A stretch of 64,000 bases of DNA. Source: Candidatus Micrarchaeota archaeon (GTDB taxonomy: Archaea; Micrarchaeota; Micrarchaeia; Anstonellales; Bilamarchaeaceae). The first letter of the stretch is position 1, and each line of letters opens with the position of its first letter. Under the pieces are notes generated by a model. That model searched no databases and was not told the origin of the DNA. It worked only from the letters and a program-made list of their open reading frames with translations. Made by a program: the position numbers and the translations under genes. Positions 39,568 to 49,663 of this stretch are shown piece after piece. The stretch covers positions 32,001 to 96,000 of the forward strand of contig JBBSVN010000003.1 in the NCBI GenBank assembly GCA_038046765.1, given 5' to 3'.

Positions 39568-40458
39568 ATGGTATACACTAGTTTTCTCTCACCTATCGAT
39601 GACTATTCAAATCTCGCATTTAGACTTCTTTGTCAGCGTTATGGTGCGGAAGCAACATGTGTTCCGCTTGTAAATTCAACCGCACTTTCCCGAGACCGCT
39701 CTAAAATTTCATTAGTTGATGTTCATATCGATGAAAAAAATGTTGGTGTGCAGGTTGTTGGCAATGATGCGGAACAGCTTGCGATTTCGTGTAAAATAAT
39801 TCTTGAGGAAAAGCCATTTGTGAAGTGGCTAAATATTAATTGTGGTTGCCCATCTGCACGTACGATGAATTCTGGGGGTGGAAGTGCTTTTTTAAAATTT
39901 CCAGATAAGATTGCCTTAGCAGTAGAAAAAATAAAAAAACAATCAGACACACCTATGTCAGTAAAGATACGTATAAACGAAGATTTTGAAAATACTGTAT
40001 CTGTTTGTAAGACTTTAGAACGAGCCGGAGTTGACTTTCTAATAATCCATGCCAGAACCGCACGACAAGGTTATTCGGGTCAAGCGGACTGGGAATTTAT
40101 AAAAATGCTTAAAGAAAAGCTGTGTGTGCCTTTAGTTGGAAACGGGGATATTACTAGCCTTGATCAGGCAAATAAATATATCAAAGATGGCTATGCTGAT
40201 TCATTTATGGTTGCACGGGCTGCGATGCGAAATCCAAAGATTTTCTGCGGCCAGGCTCTTGAAAGCGAGCAAGAAAAGCTTGCGATTTTTCATGAGTACA
40301 TTGGTATTTATAAAACGTATTTCGGTTCTTTAGAATTAAAAGACCTAAAACTTAAATCAATGAATTTTTTAAATGGTATCCCAAATGCGGCATATTTTAG
40401 AGATAATATTGCAAGAGTTAAATCAACTGATGAGTTGCTTAATTTCCTTGATTTCTAA
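39568..40458 (+). CDS. dus: tRNA-dihydrouridine synthase family
   Basis: NINCGCP, SVKIR, HART, GNGDI, MVARAA. Confidence 0.9.
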   Translation: MVYTSFLSPIDDYSNLAFRLLCQRYGAEATCVPLVNSTALSRDRSKISLVDVHIDEKNVGVQVVGNDAEQLAISCKIILEEKPFVKWLNINCGCPSARTMNSGGGSAFLKFPDKIALAVEKIKKQSDTPMSVKIRINEDFENTVSVCKTLERAGVDFLIIHARTARQGYSGQADWEFIKMLKEKLCVPLVGNGDITSLDQANKYIKDGYADSFMVARAAMRNPKIFCGQALESEQEKLAIFHEYIGIYKTYFGSLELKDLKLKSMNFLNGIPNAAYFRDNIARVKSTDELLNFLDF

Positions 40459-40608
40459 TTTTATGCCATTTTTATACAACTTAATAAATAAATAATTCAT
40501 TCTGTGAATAAATTTTCTCAAATGTCAGGTTTAAATATCTACTTTTATCATAATAGTTAGTTTTCATATTAAAAAATAAATGTATCGAAAATATATAGGT
40601 GATAAATA

Positions 40609-41367
40609 ATGAAAAACTTTATAGTATTGAGCGTAGTGTTCATGCTATTAGTCTTTGGTTGTACTCAACAAACCAATACTAATACAACAAACACTCCAGC
40701 ACCAGTAAATAATGTGCCAACAACCCCAGCACCAACCGTGGCAAAAGCTGATTTTTCAATTGATTCTCCAGCCGTAGGTTCTACTGTAGCTTCTGGAACA
40801 GTTGTAGTTAAACTTACACCAAAGAATTTCAAAGTAGTTGCACCAGGTGCAAACGTAGCTGGTGAAGGTCATTTCCATCTATTTTTGGATGATGGTTCAT
40901 ACATACCATGTGCTTCAACAACTTGTGAAGTAACTAATGTATCAGCTGGTACCCATACAATTAAGGTAACGGTACAAAACAATGATCATTCAACAAACGT
41001 AGATGTCGCAGCAAAGAGTGTAACATTTACTGTTGCAGCTCCAGCAAGTGTTGCTCCAACACCAACTGGTGGATATAACTTTGAGATAGTATCTCCAACA
41101 GCTGGTTCTTGGGTAGATCGAGGCACTGTTACGGTAACTTTAAACCCATTGAATTTCCAGGTAGTTGCACCAGGTACTAATGCAGCAGGCCAGGGTCACT
41201 TCCACTTATTCTTAAATGGGGGTACTTACATACCGTGCGCATCAACAACGTGTACTGTTACAAATGTTCCTCCGGGACAAAATACAATTAAGGTAACGGT
41301 ACAAAAGAATGATCATTCTGATGCAGTAGGCGCAATGACAAAAACAGTTAGTTTCTACGTAAAGTAG
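40609..41367 (+). CDS. Lipoprotein with two tandem Ig-like GHFHL domains
   Basis: VFGC lipobox; duplicated GHFHLFL..G.YIPCASTTC...NDHS. Confidence 0.8.
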   Translation: MKNFIVLSVVFMLLVFGCTQQTNTNTTNTPAPVNNVPTTPAPTVAKADFSIDSPAVGSTVASGTVVVKLTPKNFKVVAPGANVAGEGHFHLFLDDGSYIPCASTTCEVTNVSAGTHTIKVTVQNNDHSTNVDVAAKSVTFTVAAPASVAPTPTGGYNFEIVSPTAGSWVDRGTVTVTLNPLNFQVVAPGTNAAGQGHFHLFLNGGTYIPCASTTCTVTNVPPGQNTIKVTVQKNDHSDAVGAMTKTVSFYVK

Positions 41368-41449
41368 ATCTAATTTTTTTTCTTTTTATTTTTCTTTATT
41401 CTATTTTTAAAATTAGCCTTGATAATTTCTTTTTTTGATATTTTTTTCC

Positions 41450-41605
41450 TTATTTCTTTAGTTCCTTATATCTAATTAAGGTGTTCTTTTCTTGTTTTTC
41501 AATGGCATCCTTATATTTAATAAGGGCGACAATACCTATCCCTGTGCTGATAAAGCCAGCTATTGCAGCACTAATTAAGATTTTGTCTGAAAGTTTTCTT
41601 TTCAT
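41450..41605 (-). CDS. Small single-TM protein (51 aa); not in track
   Basis: MKRKLSDKILISAAIAGFISTGIGIVALIKYKDAIEKQEKNTLIRYKELKK. Confidence 0.55.
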   Translation of the reverse strand: MKRKLSDKILISAAIAGFISTGIGIVALIKYKDAIEKQEKNTLIRYKELKK

Positions 41606-41642
41606 AAATAATATAATAAATAAAAAAAGATAAAAAGATACT

Positions 41643-42668
41643 TTATTCTGAAACTAATTTTTCAAGTAGTTTTATCGTACTAATTACATCGTCTACATGC
41701 GCTACGCCAACCGTAGAATGTATATATCTAGTTGCAACGCATACTGCAATTGAAGGTATCCCGCTTTTTACATTATGTACTGAAGCTGCATCTGTTGCTC
41801 CTCCTTCGATTACTTCTAGTTGCAGGTTAATATTCATCTTCTTTGCGGTTTCGATTATTTTTTGTGTGAGTTTTCTATCTGCTACGTTTCCGCGTGCGCT
41901 TGCTTCTACTAGAGTCACTACCGGACCTTTACCTAAGGCAACTGGTGCGTCATCTGGTTTTAATTCTGGGTGATCTCCTGCTACTGCGGTATCAACTGCA
42001 ATAAACGCGCGGGGGTCGAGCTTGTAGCTTGCAGTTTGGGCTCCTTTTCCAAATGTTGAAACTTCCTCTTGGCTCGTGCCTATTAATAGAATATTATGGG
42101 GCAATTCTTTTGCGAGTTTCAAAAGAATGTAGCAACCAATTCGATTATCAAGCGCCTTGCCAGAAATCATTTTTTCGCCCATGCGTTTAAACTGGGTTGG
42201 AAAAGATATGGGGCTACCTATTTCTATTCCCATATTTATTGCTTCCTCTTTATTTAATGCACCAATATCAATGAACATACTCCTATAATCTATTACGCTT
42301 TTTCGCTCTTCATCTTTCATAATGTGGGGTGGTTTACTTCCGATTACTCCAGTTAGAAGTCCTTTTTTTGTTCTTAAAAGTACTTGTTGGTTTACTAAAG
42401 TTCGGTCATCAATGCCGCCAATTTTTATAAACTTGATAAATCCCCTGTCGTCAATATGCTTTACCATTAGTCCAATCTCGTCCATGTGCGCGCCTAAAAT
42501 CAGCGGATTTTTGCCAATTACTTTATACGCAATGACATTTCCAAAATTATCAATTTCAGTCTTAAGTCCGGATTTTTTAAATTCCTCAACCATTATTTTG
42601 GCAATTTCATCTTCGTTCGAGCTTATTCCATCTGCTTCAGATAATTTTTTCATTAATTCGTAGTCCAT
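41643..42668 (-). CDS. M42 (TET) aminopeptidase
   Basis: AHMDEIG, KALDNR, QEEV, GGATD, RYIHS. Confidence 0.94.
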   Translation of the reverse strand: MDYELMKKLSEADGISSNEDEIAKIMVEEFKKSGLKTEIDNFGNVIAYKVIGKNPLILGAHMDEIGLMVKHIDDRGFIKFIKIGGIDDRTLVNQQVLLRTKKGLLTGVIGSKPPHIMKDEERKSVIDYRSMFIDIGALNKEEAINMGIEIGSPISFPTQFKRMGEKMISGKALDNRIGCYILLKLAKELPHNILLIGTSQEEVSTFGKGAQTASYKLDPRAFIAVDTAVAGDHPELKPDDAPVALGKGPVVTLVEASARGNVADRKLTQKIIETAKKMNINLQLEVIEGGATDAASVHNVKSGIPSIAVCVATRYIHSTVGVAHVDDVISTIKLLEKLVSE

Positions 42669-42739
42669 ATATGCACCTTTAAATGTTATTGATCTAAATA
42701 TCGTACTTAAGTAATAAATTTCTTTGCAAGTTGTTAATT

Positions 42740-43645
42740 ATGCGTTGGCTTATTTATGCAATTATATCCGTTATAACTGCCGCTTTTTGGGAATTATTTT
42801 CAAAATTTTCCTCATCAAACAACCCGATATATAACAATATTATAATATATTTTACTGCATCTCTGCTTAGTCTGCTTTTTTTATTCTCATCAAAAAAAGA
42901 ATTTAGATTATCCAGGTGCGGTTTATTTTCGGGTTTTTTAGCCGGAATTGGAAACATATTTTTTCTTTTTGCATTATCTGAAAATAACCTAACTATTATT
43001 GCCCCTTTTGTATCTCTATCCGGGGTGATTTTCTTTTTCTTTTATTATATGCATGAACGTCCTAAATACAGTAATCATCAGAAATTTTTGGTGCTTTGCG
43101 GTTTTATTTTATCTATATCTGGAGTTTTTATTGTTTCTATTGGCAAGTTTGGCTTACTTGATTTTTTTAATTCAGTTATTACAAATCCATCTTATCTTTT
43201 ATTCGGTTCAGGTACAGCTATTCTATTTGGGGCTGCAACTTATTTTACTTTCCTTTCAGATGCTAAAGAAAAACAAACAGAAGAGATATATCTTTTTTCC
43301 AATTTCCTTTCCTCATTAATATGCGCTCTGTTTATACTACTTGTTTTTAGCCTTAATTTTTTCCCAAAATTTCAGGACAGAGGTCTAAATAATTATCTCT
43401 ATCCTTTTTCAAGTGGTGTTCTAGTTTTTCTTGCCGTTCTATTTGCATTCAAGGCATTTACGCGTACTCATTCTAAAAAAGGATTTGAACAAACCATTAT
43501 AAGTATAATAGTTAATAGTGAAGCAATTCCGATTCTTTTAATTTCTTATGTACTCTTATCGGAATTTGTTCCTTTTGCATTTGCCGGAACCATTCTGGCA
43601 ATAATGGGGTTATCTTTAATTAATTATGCAGCTAAATTAAAGTAA
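42740..43645 (+). CDS. EamA/DMT-like membrane transporter
   Basis: About 10 TM helices with an internal two-fold pattern. Confidence 0.65.
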   Translation: MRWLIYAIISVITAAFWELFSKFSSSNNPIYNNIIIYFTASLLSLLFLFSSKKEFRLSRCGLFSGFLAGIGNIFFLFALSENNLTIIAPFVSLSGVIFFFFYYMHERPKYSNHQKFLVLCGFILSISGVFIVSIGKFGLLDFFNSVITNPSYLLFGSGTAILFGAATYFTFLSDAKEKQTEEIYLFSNFLSSLICALFILLVFSLNFFPKFQDRGLNNYLYPFSSGVLVFLAVLFAFKAFTRTHSKKGFEQTIISIIVNSEAIPILLISYVLLSEFVPFAFAGTILAIMGLSLINYAAKLK

Positions 43646-43664
43646 TTAAATTTTGGTGAAAACT

Positions 43665-44072
43665 ATGAAAAACATGAAAACAGACACAATTGTTGAAGAA
43701 GTAATGTTTAAGGCAAGTCCTCATGATGTTTATGAGGCATTCATGGACGAAAAAAAACATGCTAAATTTACCGATGCAAAAGCTAAAATAAGTCGAGACG
43801 TTGGCGGTAAATTTGAAGCTTACGATGGTACGATCAATGGTAAAAATCTTGAATTAGTTCCAGATAAAAAAATTGTCCAAGAATGGTACTGTGAAACAGA
43901 TGGCTGGCCAGAAGGACACTACTCAGTCATAACTATAATTCTTAAAAAGAACAAGGATGGTACAATTCTGGATTTTGAGCAAACAGGAGTGCCAAAAGAG
44001 GCATATGAAGATATCGAACAAGGTTGGAGTTCATATTATTGGGAACCTATGAAGAAAATGCTTGAGAAATAA
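43665..44072 (+). CDS. SRPBCC/AHSA1 domain protein
   Basis: GGKFEAYDG...ELVPDKKIVQEW...GWSSYYWEPMK. Confidence 0.9.
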   Translation: MKNMKTDTIVEEVMFKASPHDVYEAFMDEKKHAKFTDAKAKISRDVGGKFEAYDGTINGKNLELVPDKKIVQEWYCETDGWPEGHYSVITIILKKNKDGTILDFEQTGVPKEAYEDIEQGWSSYYWEPMKKMLEK

Positions 44073-44211
44073 CTGTTTAAACTTATCTATTCAATTATTT
44101 ATCTAATCTATAATTACAATTACAAGAAAAAGCAATTTCTTTGCGAACCGTCTGCTTTCTTTTTCTAAGAAGGACAGATGTAGGAAAGAAAGCGGTCGAA
44201 GGTGAATTTTA

Positions 44212-44367
44212 ATGGCAATAGTGGAATTTGGTGAATTTAAAGGAAACAAATTAATTATATTAAAAAGAGATGAAAGCGATCAATATGCATTTAGTTTTGG
44301 TAAAGGAAAGGCTAAACTTATTGTTGAAAATTTTGAAGCAATAAAGAAATTTGCTGAAGAAGAATAA
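44212..44367 (+). CDS. Small protein (51 aa); not in track
   Basis: AGGTGA SD; MAIVEFGEFKGNKLIILKRDESDQYAFSFGKGKAKLIVENFEAIKKFAEEE; T-rich tail downstream. Confidence 0.85.
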   Translation: MAIVEFGEFKGNKLIILKRDESDQYAFSFGKGKAKLIVENFEAIKKFAEEE

Positions 44368-44403
44368 TTCTATTTTTTATAATTTTTTATTTATCTTCTA
44401 TTT

Positions 44404-44878
44404 TTATTTCTTACCTCCTTCAAATACAGTAAGGACAACTGGAGTTATTCTATTTTTTACTTCTGATTCTTTATTTTTTATCTCTTGTTTTTCAAGTTTT
44501 TCTTTAACCTTTTCACGAATTATTTTCGCACGTTCAATTATCTTACCAATTAAGGCTAGGCTTTTTCCTTCTGTTAATCGGTCGTTAAACTCATCCATTG
44601 CCCTCTGTATCTTGGTTTTGAGTCTTTTTTTAATTCTAGCAAATCGAATGTCTGTAATTGGTCTAGGCTCGAAACTATGTTTTAATCGTTTCACTTTATC
44701 TCCCCTGATGGCCGCGTTTTTTCCTCCCTTCTCTAGCCTCATCTAGTACTGCTTGCTTTCTTGAGCCTAAATCCTGTATAGTTTCACGAAGAGTTGATCT
44801 ACCATATCCAGCTTTTTTGACGTTTCCATCTTCATATGTTTTTCTACCTATTTCTTTAATCGCAGTTAGTCTAGTCAT
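44404..44878 (-). pseudogene. Basic hypothetical gene split over two frames (44696..44878 and 44404..44742)
   Basis: First ORF has a GGAGA SD; the two frames join at an A6 run if one A is removed. Confidence 0.4.
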
Positions 44879-44931
44879 AATATCTCCAAATAGATATTAT
44901 CCGAAATGGTTTTTAATGGCTTCTTTTGACA

Positions 44932-45426
44932 TTATTTAATATGACAAGTAGCCATTCCGTGTTTTTCTAAGTATCTCTGATGGTATTCTTCAGCCCTGTA
45001 AAATTCGCTTGCCTTAGTTATTTCTGTTGCAATTTTATTCTGGTATTTACCTGATTTTTCAAGCTCTTCTTTAGCTTTTATTGCTTTTTTCTTTTGCTCT
45101 TCATTATGATAAAATATAGCAGATCTATATTGTGAACCGACATCTGGTCCTTGCCTGTTTAAGGTAGTTGGATTGTGCATACTCCAGAATGCTTCTAAGA
45201 GTTTTTCATAACTTATTATTTTTGGGTCAAAAGTTACTTCTACTGCTTCAGCGTGTCCTGTATCCTCTTCACAAACATTATGGTATGTAGGATTTTTTGT
45301 TTTTCCTCCCGTATATCCAACTTGGGTATCAGTTACTCCTTTAAGCTCCCTAAAACCAGCTTCAACTCCCCAAAAACAGCCTGCTGCAAAAGTTGCTTTA
45401 TCGTAAATCTTATTGTTTTTTTCCAT
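44932..45426 (-). CDS. msrA: Peptide methionine sulfoxide reductase A
   Basis: GCFWG, GHAEAV, QYRSAIF, AEEYHQ. Confidence 0.97.
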   Translation of the reverse strand: MEKNNKIYDKATFAAGCFWGVEAGFRELKGVTDTQVGYTGGKTKNPTYHNVCEEDTGHAEAVEVTFDPKIISYEKLLEAFWSMHNPTTLNRQGPDVGSQYRSAIFYHNEEQKKKAIKAKEELEKSGKYQNKIATEITKASEFYRAEEYHQRYLEKHGMATCHIK

Positions 45427-45445
45427 GTTTTTATCGAGTCAACTA

Positions 45446-46831
45446 TTATTTAAATAGTTTTGCCAGAATTTTTAGGATAAGTCTTAGCTTTGAACTTTTG
45501 TTTTTACCTCTCACTTCTAAATTGCCTAAAATAAGTGCCTTAACAAGTTTTTTGTTCTGCAAGATTTTTATTATCTTTTTTATTTCCTCCAATTTTTCGA
45601 TCTTTTTTCTAAACTCAGTTGCAAGTTTTTTGCCCTTAGTAGCTAAAACTAGCTTTTTTAGTTTACTTATTTCCTTTGAAAGCTTAGTTTCTAGTTTACG
45701 TGCCAAGTTCGAAACTTCCTTGCAAAGTTTTTCAAGTTTTTTAGGAGTTTTAATTTTAAGTGCTTCAATTAACTTGTTTCTAATCTGGTTTATTAATTTT
45801 TTGATAGTTATTGCAAATTTCTGTTTAGACTTTAATTGATTTAAAAAGTTGACTTTTAGTTTTTCAAATATCTGATTTTTCTGAATTTTAAAATTATTTA
45901 ATTTTTTATAGTTTAGTTTTTTATCTGATTTGAAATCATGAGCTATTCTTCTTATTAATTTAGGGCTGTTTTTAATTTTCATCCTAATACGCGGGCTGAA
46001 CTTATCAGAATCATCTAGACTTTTGTATTCTATTTTATCATCTTTGTCCATTCTTATTAAGGATGTAAACATATTGGAATGATTAAATATATCCCCATTA
46101 TGTGAATCTTGCAACTTTTCCGTTGTTTCTTGGAAATCTATTTTTGAGTAACCTAAATCTAAATTCATGTCCTTTACTTGAGGAATTAAAGTTGAATTAT
46201 ATTCTGTATCTAGAAAAAACAATTCATTTCTGAACATTCTTTCTTTAGCCCCTAGTTCTGCTCCTAAATTTGATTCTACGTTAATATTTGCAGTTATATT
46301 CAATTTACTTAGCTTATCGTACGTATTAGTTACATTCGCATCTTCAAATTTAAAACTTGGAAGTTTTGGTAAAAATAAGGTGCATTGCAGATTAAAATAA
46401 GGCGTTTCATTTTCATTTAATTTATCAGTCTCAGTTCTATCGTAAAATCTTTGATCAGATTTAAAATTAATATTAAAAAAATGAGTAATAATGCTGTTTT
46501 TTAGTTGGAGATCGAAAATTATATTGTTATTCTGTTGAAAATTTTCCTGATAAGGAATGGGAGAAGTGGAATTTAGAAAGGTGCTGTCTTGAAAAATATT
46601 TTTGTCTGAATTCATATTTTTTACTTTTAGTTCTTCTAGGCTTTGTTTTTCAAGAGCTTTAGCTTGATTTCTAGATATTATTTCCTCTTCTTTAACTGGT
46701 CTACATTTTAGAAATCTTTGTGCAATTATGTGTGGAGGACATACTCTTCCACTTCGTTCTGTCCCTACCCAGACCCTTCTAATGTTAAAAATTTTGTCTT
46801 TAAGGTATGCCTGAAACCTTTTCATTTCCAT
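45446..46831 (-). CDS. Hypothetical protein with a Lys-rich helical C-terminus
   Basis: 461-aa ORF. Confidence 0.6.
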   Translation of the reverse strand: MEMKRFQAYLKDKIFNIRRVWVGTERSGRVCPPHIIAQRFLKCRPVKEEEIISRNQAKALEKQSLEELKVKNMNSDKNIFQDSTFLNSTSPIPYQENFQQNNNIIFDLQLKNSIITHFFNINFKSDQRFYDRTETDKLNENETPYFNLQCTLFLPKLPSFKFEDANVTNTYDKLSKLNITANINVESNLGAELGAKERMFRNELFFLDTEYNSTLIPQVKDMNLDLGYSKIDFQETTEKLQDSHNGDIFNHSNMFTSLIRMDKDDKIEYKSLDDSDKFSPRIRMKIKNSPKLIRRIAHDFKSDKKLNYKKLNNFKIQKNQIFEKLKVNFLNQLKSKQKFAITIKKLINQIRNKLIEALKIKTPKKLEKLCKEVSNLARKLETKLSKEISKLKKLVLATKGKKLATEFRKKIEKLEEIKKIIKILQNKKLVKALILGNLEVRGKNKSSKLRLILKILAKLFK

Positions 46832-46881
46832 ATTAATCGCTTATATAATAAGATTAATAACTCGAAGTGATTGATCAAATA

Positions 46882-47019
46882 TTATAATTTGTGCGTAACT
46901 TCCTTGTTTTGTCCTATATTATTCGATGCCTTTTTAAGGTTTGTTTTTTCTTCATTTTCTTTGTCCCTAGCGCTTGGAGTAGAATTTTCTTTCTTTTGTT
47001 TTACTTCTGGTTCAGACAT
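46882..47019 (-). CDS. Small charged hypothetical protein (45 aa); not in track
   Basis: MSEPEVKQKKENSTPSARDKENEEKTNLKKASNNIGQNKEVTHKL. Confidence 0.35.
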   Translation of the reverse strand: MSEPEVKQKKENSTPSARDKENEEKTNLKKASNNIGQNKEVTHKL

Positions 47020-47102
47020 ATACTAAAATATTAAGGATATGAAATTAATAAATTATTGCTTCTTTTGAAACGTATCTACTTTTCTACAGCACATACTTCT
47101 TT

Positions 47103-47285
47103 CTATTTTTTCATTAACTCCTCTTTTTCTTTTCTTAGATCTTGTCTTTTTAGTTCCTTGTAAACCGCCTGATGAAAAGGGCAGGTCGTTTCACTTTCAG
47201 GCTTTGATTTTTTTATCATTTCATTCAATTCATTTCGCGGTTTTCCCCGAACGTACAAATAAAATAAAAATTTTGTTAAACCCAT
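47103..47285 (-). CDS. Small hypothetical protein
   Basis: 60-aa ORF. Confidence 0.4.
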   Translation of the reverse strand: MGLTKFLFYLYVRGKPRNELNEMIKKSKPESETTCPFHQAVYKELKRQDLRKEKEELMKK

Positions 47286-47436
47286 AAATTTATTCTAAGG
47301 TGTTTACTTTAAAATCCTAACTCCTACACCTTTTTAATATGTCGATTGCTTCTTCATCTTCTACTTGTGTAAAATTTTTATAAAATTGGCCAATTGCAAA
47401 AAGAGGGATAGACTTAAAATTAGAAAAAATAAAAAG

Positions 47437-47595
47437 TTAGTTATCTTCAGCCATCTTCTTATTTAGCTGTTCAATTTCGTAATGTAATTCCTTATTTTTC
47501 TTTAAAGGATCCATCTTGGCCTTTAATAATAAATCGTCAAGTCTTTTTCTAAGTATTGATTTTCTCTTTCCTAAATCCTTTTTGCTCATTCCGAT
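47437..47595 (-). CDS. Small basic helical protein (52 aa); not in track
   Basis: AGGTGA-TTTTT-ATC GGA ATG AGC; (I)GMSKKDLGKRKSILRKRLDDLLLKAKMDPLKKNKELHYEIEQLNKKMAEDN. Confidence 0.75.
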   Translation of the reverse strand: MGMSKKDLGKRKSILRKRLDDLLLKAKMDPLKKNKELHYEIEQLNKKMAEDN

Positions 47596-47784
47596 AAAAA
47601 TCACCTGTAATTTTTATTCTGTTGAAATCCAGCAGAATTTCCCCATCCCATAAAATGCACCAAATAAAAGTTTATTGTTAAATAAAACTAAACATACTAT
47701 GTTTTTATTGGTATTGGGTTAAATCGGTCGTCAGCACAAATTCAATAATTAAAAATCCCACCTAATATTATTAGTCTGATAAAT

Positions 47785-48471
47785 ATGGAATTTACCCAAG
47801 AACAAATCAGCGAAACAAATAGATTCATCCAAAAAGTCTACGCTTGGATGTTTTTAGGCTTACTTATTTCTGGTTCTATAGCCTTTTACACCTCTACACA
47901 GGATTGGCTCTTAACTTCAATCTTTGGGAACAAACTAGTCTTTTATGCTCTTTTGATTTTCCAACTAATCCTAGTTGGCGGTCTTGTTGCTTTTATTAAA
48001 AAAATTCCTTCTTACCTTGGTGCAACAACATTTCTTTTGTACTGTGCTATAACTGGTCTAACTTTATCAGTAATATTTATTGTTTTCGAGTTCAATTCAA
48101 TCATTCAGGTCTTTTTCATTGCAGCAGGCATGTTTGGTTTTATAAGTGTTTATGGGTACTTTACAAAAACCGATCTTACTGGGTTAGGTCATATTTTAAT
48201 TATGGGTTTATTCGGACTTATCCTTCTATCAATTGTTAATCTATTTATAAAAAATTCTTTTGCGGATATAATCATAAGTTTTATCGGAGTTGTAATCTTT
48301 ACTGGGTTAGCAGCTTATGATACTCAAAAGATTAAGAAAACAAATATTCTTGGAAACGAAGGTACTGATGAGGATCATAAAGAAGCAGTTATGGGGGCAC
48401 TTACATTATATTTGGATTTTGTCAATCTCTTCCTTAGTCTTTTAAAGTTATTTGGAAAAAGAAGAAGGTAA
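47785..48471 (+). CDS. Bax inhibitor-1/YccA family membrane protein
   Basis: KVYAWM...TGLTLS...AYDTQKIK...GALTLYLDFVNLF. Confidence 0.95.
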   Translation: MEFTQEQISETNRFIQKVYAWMFLGLLISGSIAFYTSTQDWLLTSIFGNKLVFYALLIFQLILVGGLVAFIKKIPSYLGATTFLLYCAITGLTLSVIFIVFEFNSIIQVFFIAAGMFGFISVYGYFTKTDLTGLGHILIMGLFGLILLSIVNLFIKNSFADIIISFIGVVIFTGLAAYDTQKIKKTNILGNEGTDEDHKEAVMGALTLYLDFVNLFLSLLKLFGKRRR

Positions 48472-48632
48472 TCTATGTCCTTATTACCAAATAATACATA
48501 TTTATTAGTTGGGGTCTAAGATTAATTTTATCGATGAAAGGGAAAATACCAAATGAAACAGTCATCCATGTGTAGCCCCCAATAAATTAGTTCGCGTTAG
48601 TTTGTTGGTTCGGTATAATTAATCTAGTAAAA

Positions 48633-49040
48633 TTATCTTATTCCCGTATCTATATCGATGTCCAAATTAGTTGTTTGGTTCGGTTTAATTTCGATAGTTG
48701 CTGGTAAGTTTCCTGCTCCGAATCTTTGATTCTGCTTTTCAAGGTCTATTAAATATTTTCCTACGGGTAACTGTAAATTATAGCTACCACTTAGTTCTGG
48801 TTTGATTATTGCGATTTTGGTTGTTTGGTCTAAGTTCCAAACATATAATTGCCATGCCTTATAAGTTTCATTTGTAGGTTGACATCTTGGATCTGGTGGA
48901 TAACGTTCAACAGGACAAATTGGGCCAATTGTAATTCTTCCGTTTAGCGTTCCCTTTTCCAAAGGTATAGTTTGAACACATCCGAAAATAAGTAGTAATA
49001 TCGAAAACACTAATGCTAAAAAGATTAGTTTTAGTTTCAT
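48633..49040 (-). CDS. Lipoprotein, carboxypeptidase-regulatory-like fold
   Basis: IFGC lipobox; GPICPVE...IDTGIR. Confidence 0.75.
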   Translation of the reverse strand: MKLKLIFLALVFSILLLIFGCVQTIPLEKGTLNGRITIGPICPVERYPPDPRCQPTNETYKAWQLYVWNLDQTTKIAIIKPELSGSYNLQLPVGKYLIDLEKQNQRFGAGNLPATIEIKPNQTTNLDIDIDTGIR

Positions 49041-49071
49041 ATGCTTAAGAATTAGTGCGAATTAATAATAG

Positions 49072-49223
49072 TTCGCTACGCCCCGAGGACAGTTATGAAC
49101 AGGTTAACCGTTCATCTGTCCTTAGTTCTCATTAACATTCGCCCCGAGGATCTAGTAAACGACGTTTCGTTAACTGTCTCCTCTGTGCTCCGCTCAACTG
49201 TGGTTTCGCTACGCCCCGAGGAT
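49072..49223. repeat. Three direct copies of the tRNA-Asn 3' end
   Basis: cgccccgagga at 49079, 49140 and 49212; 49072-49089 is identical to 49205-49222 over 18 nt. Confidence 0.8.
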
Positions 49224-49325
49224 GACTCGAACATCCGACCCCTTGATAACTATCTTTTGTTTAAGCCTATATCTAGACTTTAAACTGTTAACAGTCAAGT
49301 GCTCTACCTACTGAGCTATCGAGGC
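49212..49325 (-). tRNA. tRNA-Asn(GTT) with a 41-nt intron (49248-49288) at canonical position 37/38
   Basis: GCCTCGA/TCGGGGC acceptor, CTTGA/TCAAG anticodon stem, GGATG-TTCGAGT-CATCC T arm, BHB helix CTGT/ATAG. Confidence 0.93.
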
Positions 49326-49663
49326 TTAAGTATTTGCCAGTTATAAACTCCTTACTAAAAGAAAAGAGCACGTTCTTATGATTTACCTGTTAGACGCAGC
49401 ACTATTAAAATACTAATGACTGCGTTAGCCGTTTACTAGTTGCATTAATTAACTTAGTTCTAGAGAATATAAATTAATCCCAAATCAATTTATTAAGCTT
49501 TCGTGTAAATTAGTAATAAATCTGCGTAACAAATCAGCTAAAGTATCATTTTTATAAAAACAATAGCTATATATACCCCATTATCTATATATATTATTTA
49601 ATAGTAGAATTTCTAAGAAATTAGAACCAAACTATAATAAAATAAAATATAGGTGAATAAGTA

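Noticed and set aside
48505..48585. Hammerhead-like motif (GATGA...GAAAC) inside a ttgggg/ccccaa stem
   Set aside because: The core is TCGATGA rather than CTGATGA, and stems II/III are not convincing.
49072..49223. Mini CRISPR array
   Set aside because: The repeats are only 11-18 nt and equal the tRNA 3' end, spacing is uneven, and no cas genes are present.
49095..49283. 62-aa ORF on the + strand
   Set aside because: It overlaps tRNA-Asn antisense and the repeat region, so it is not a credible CDS.
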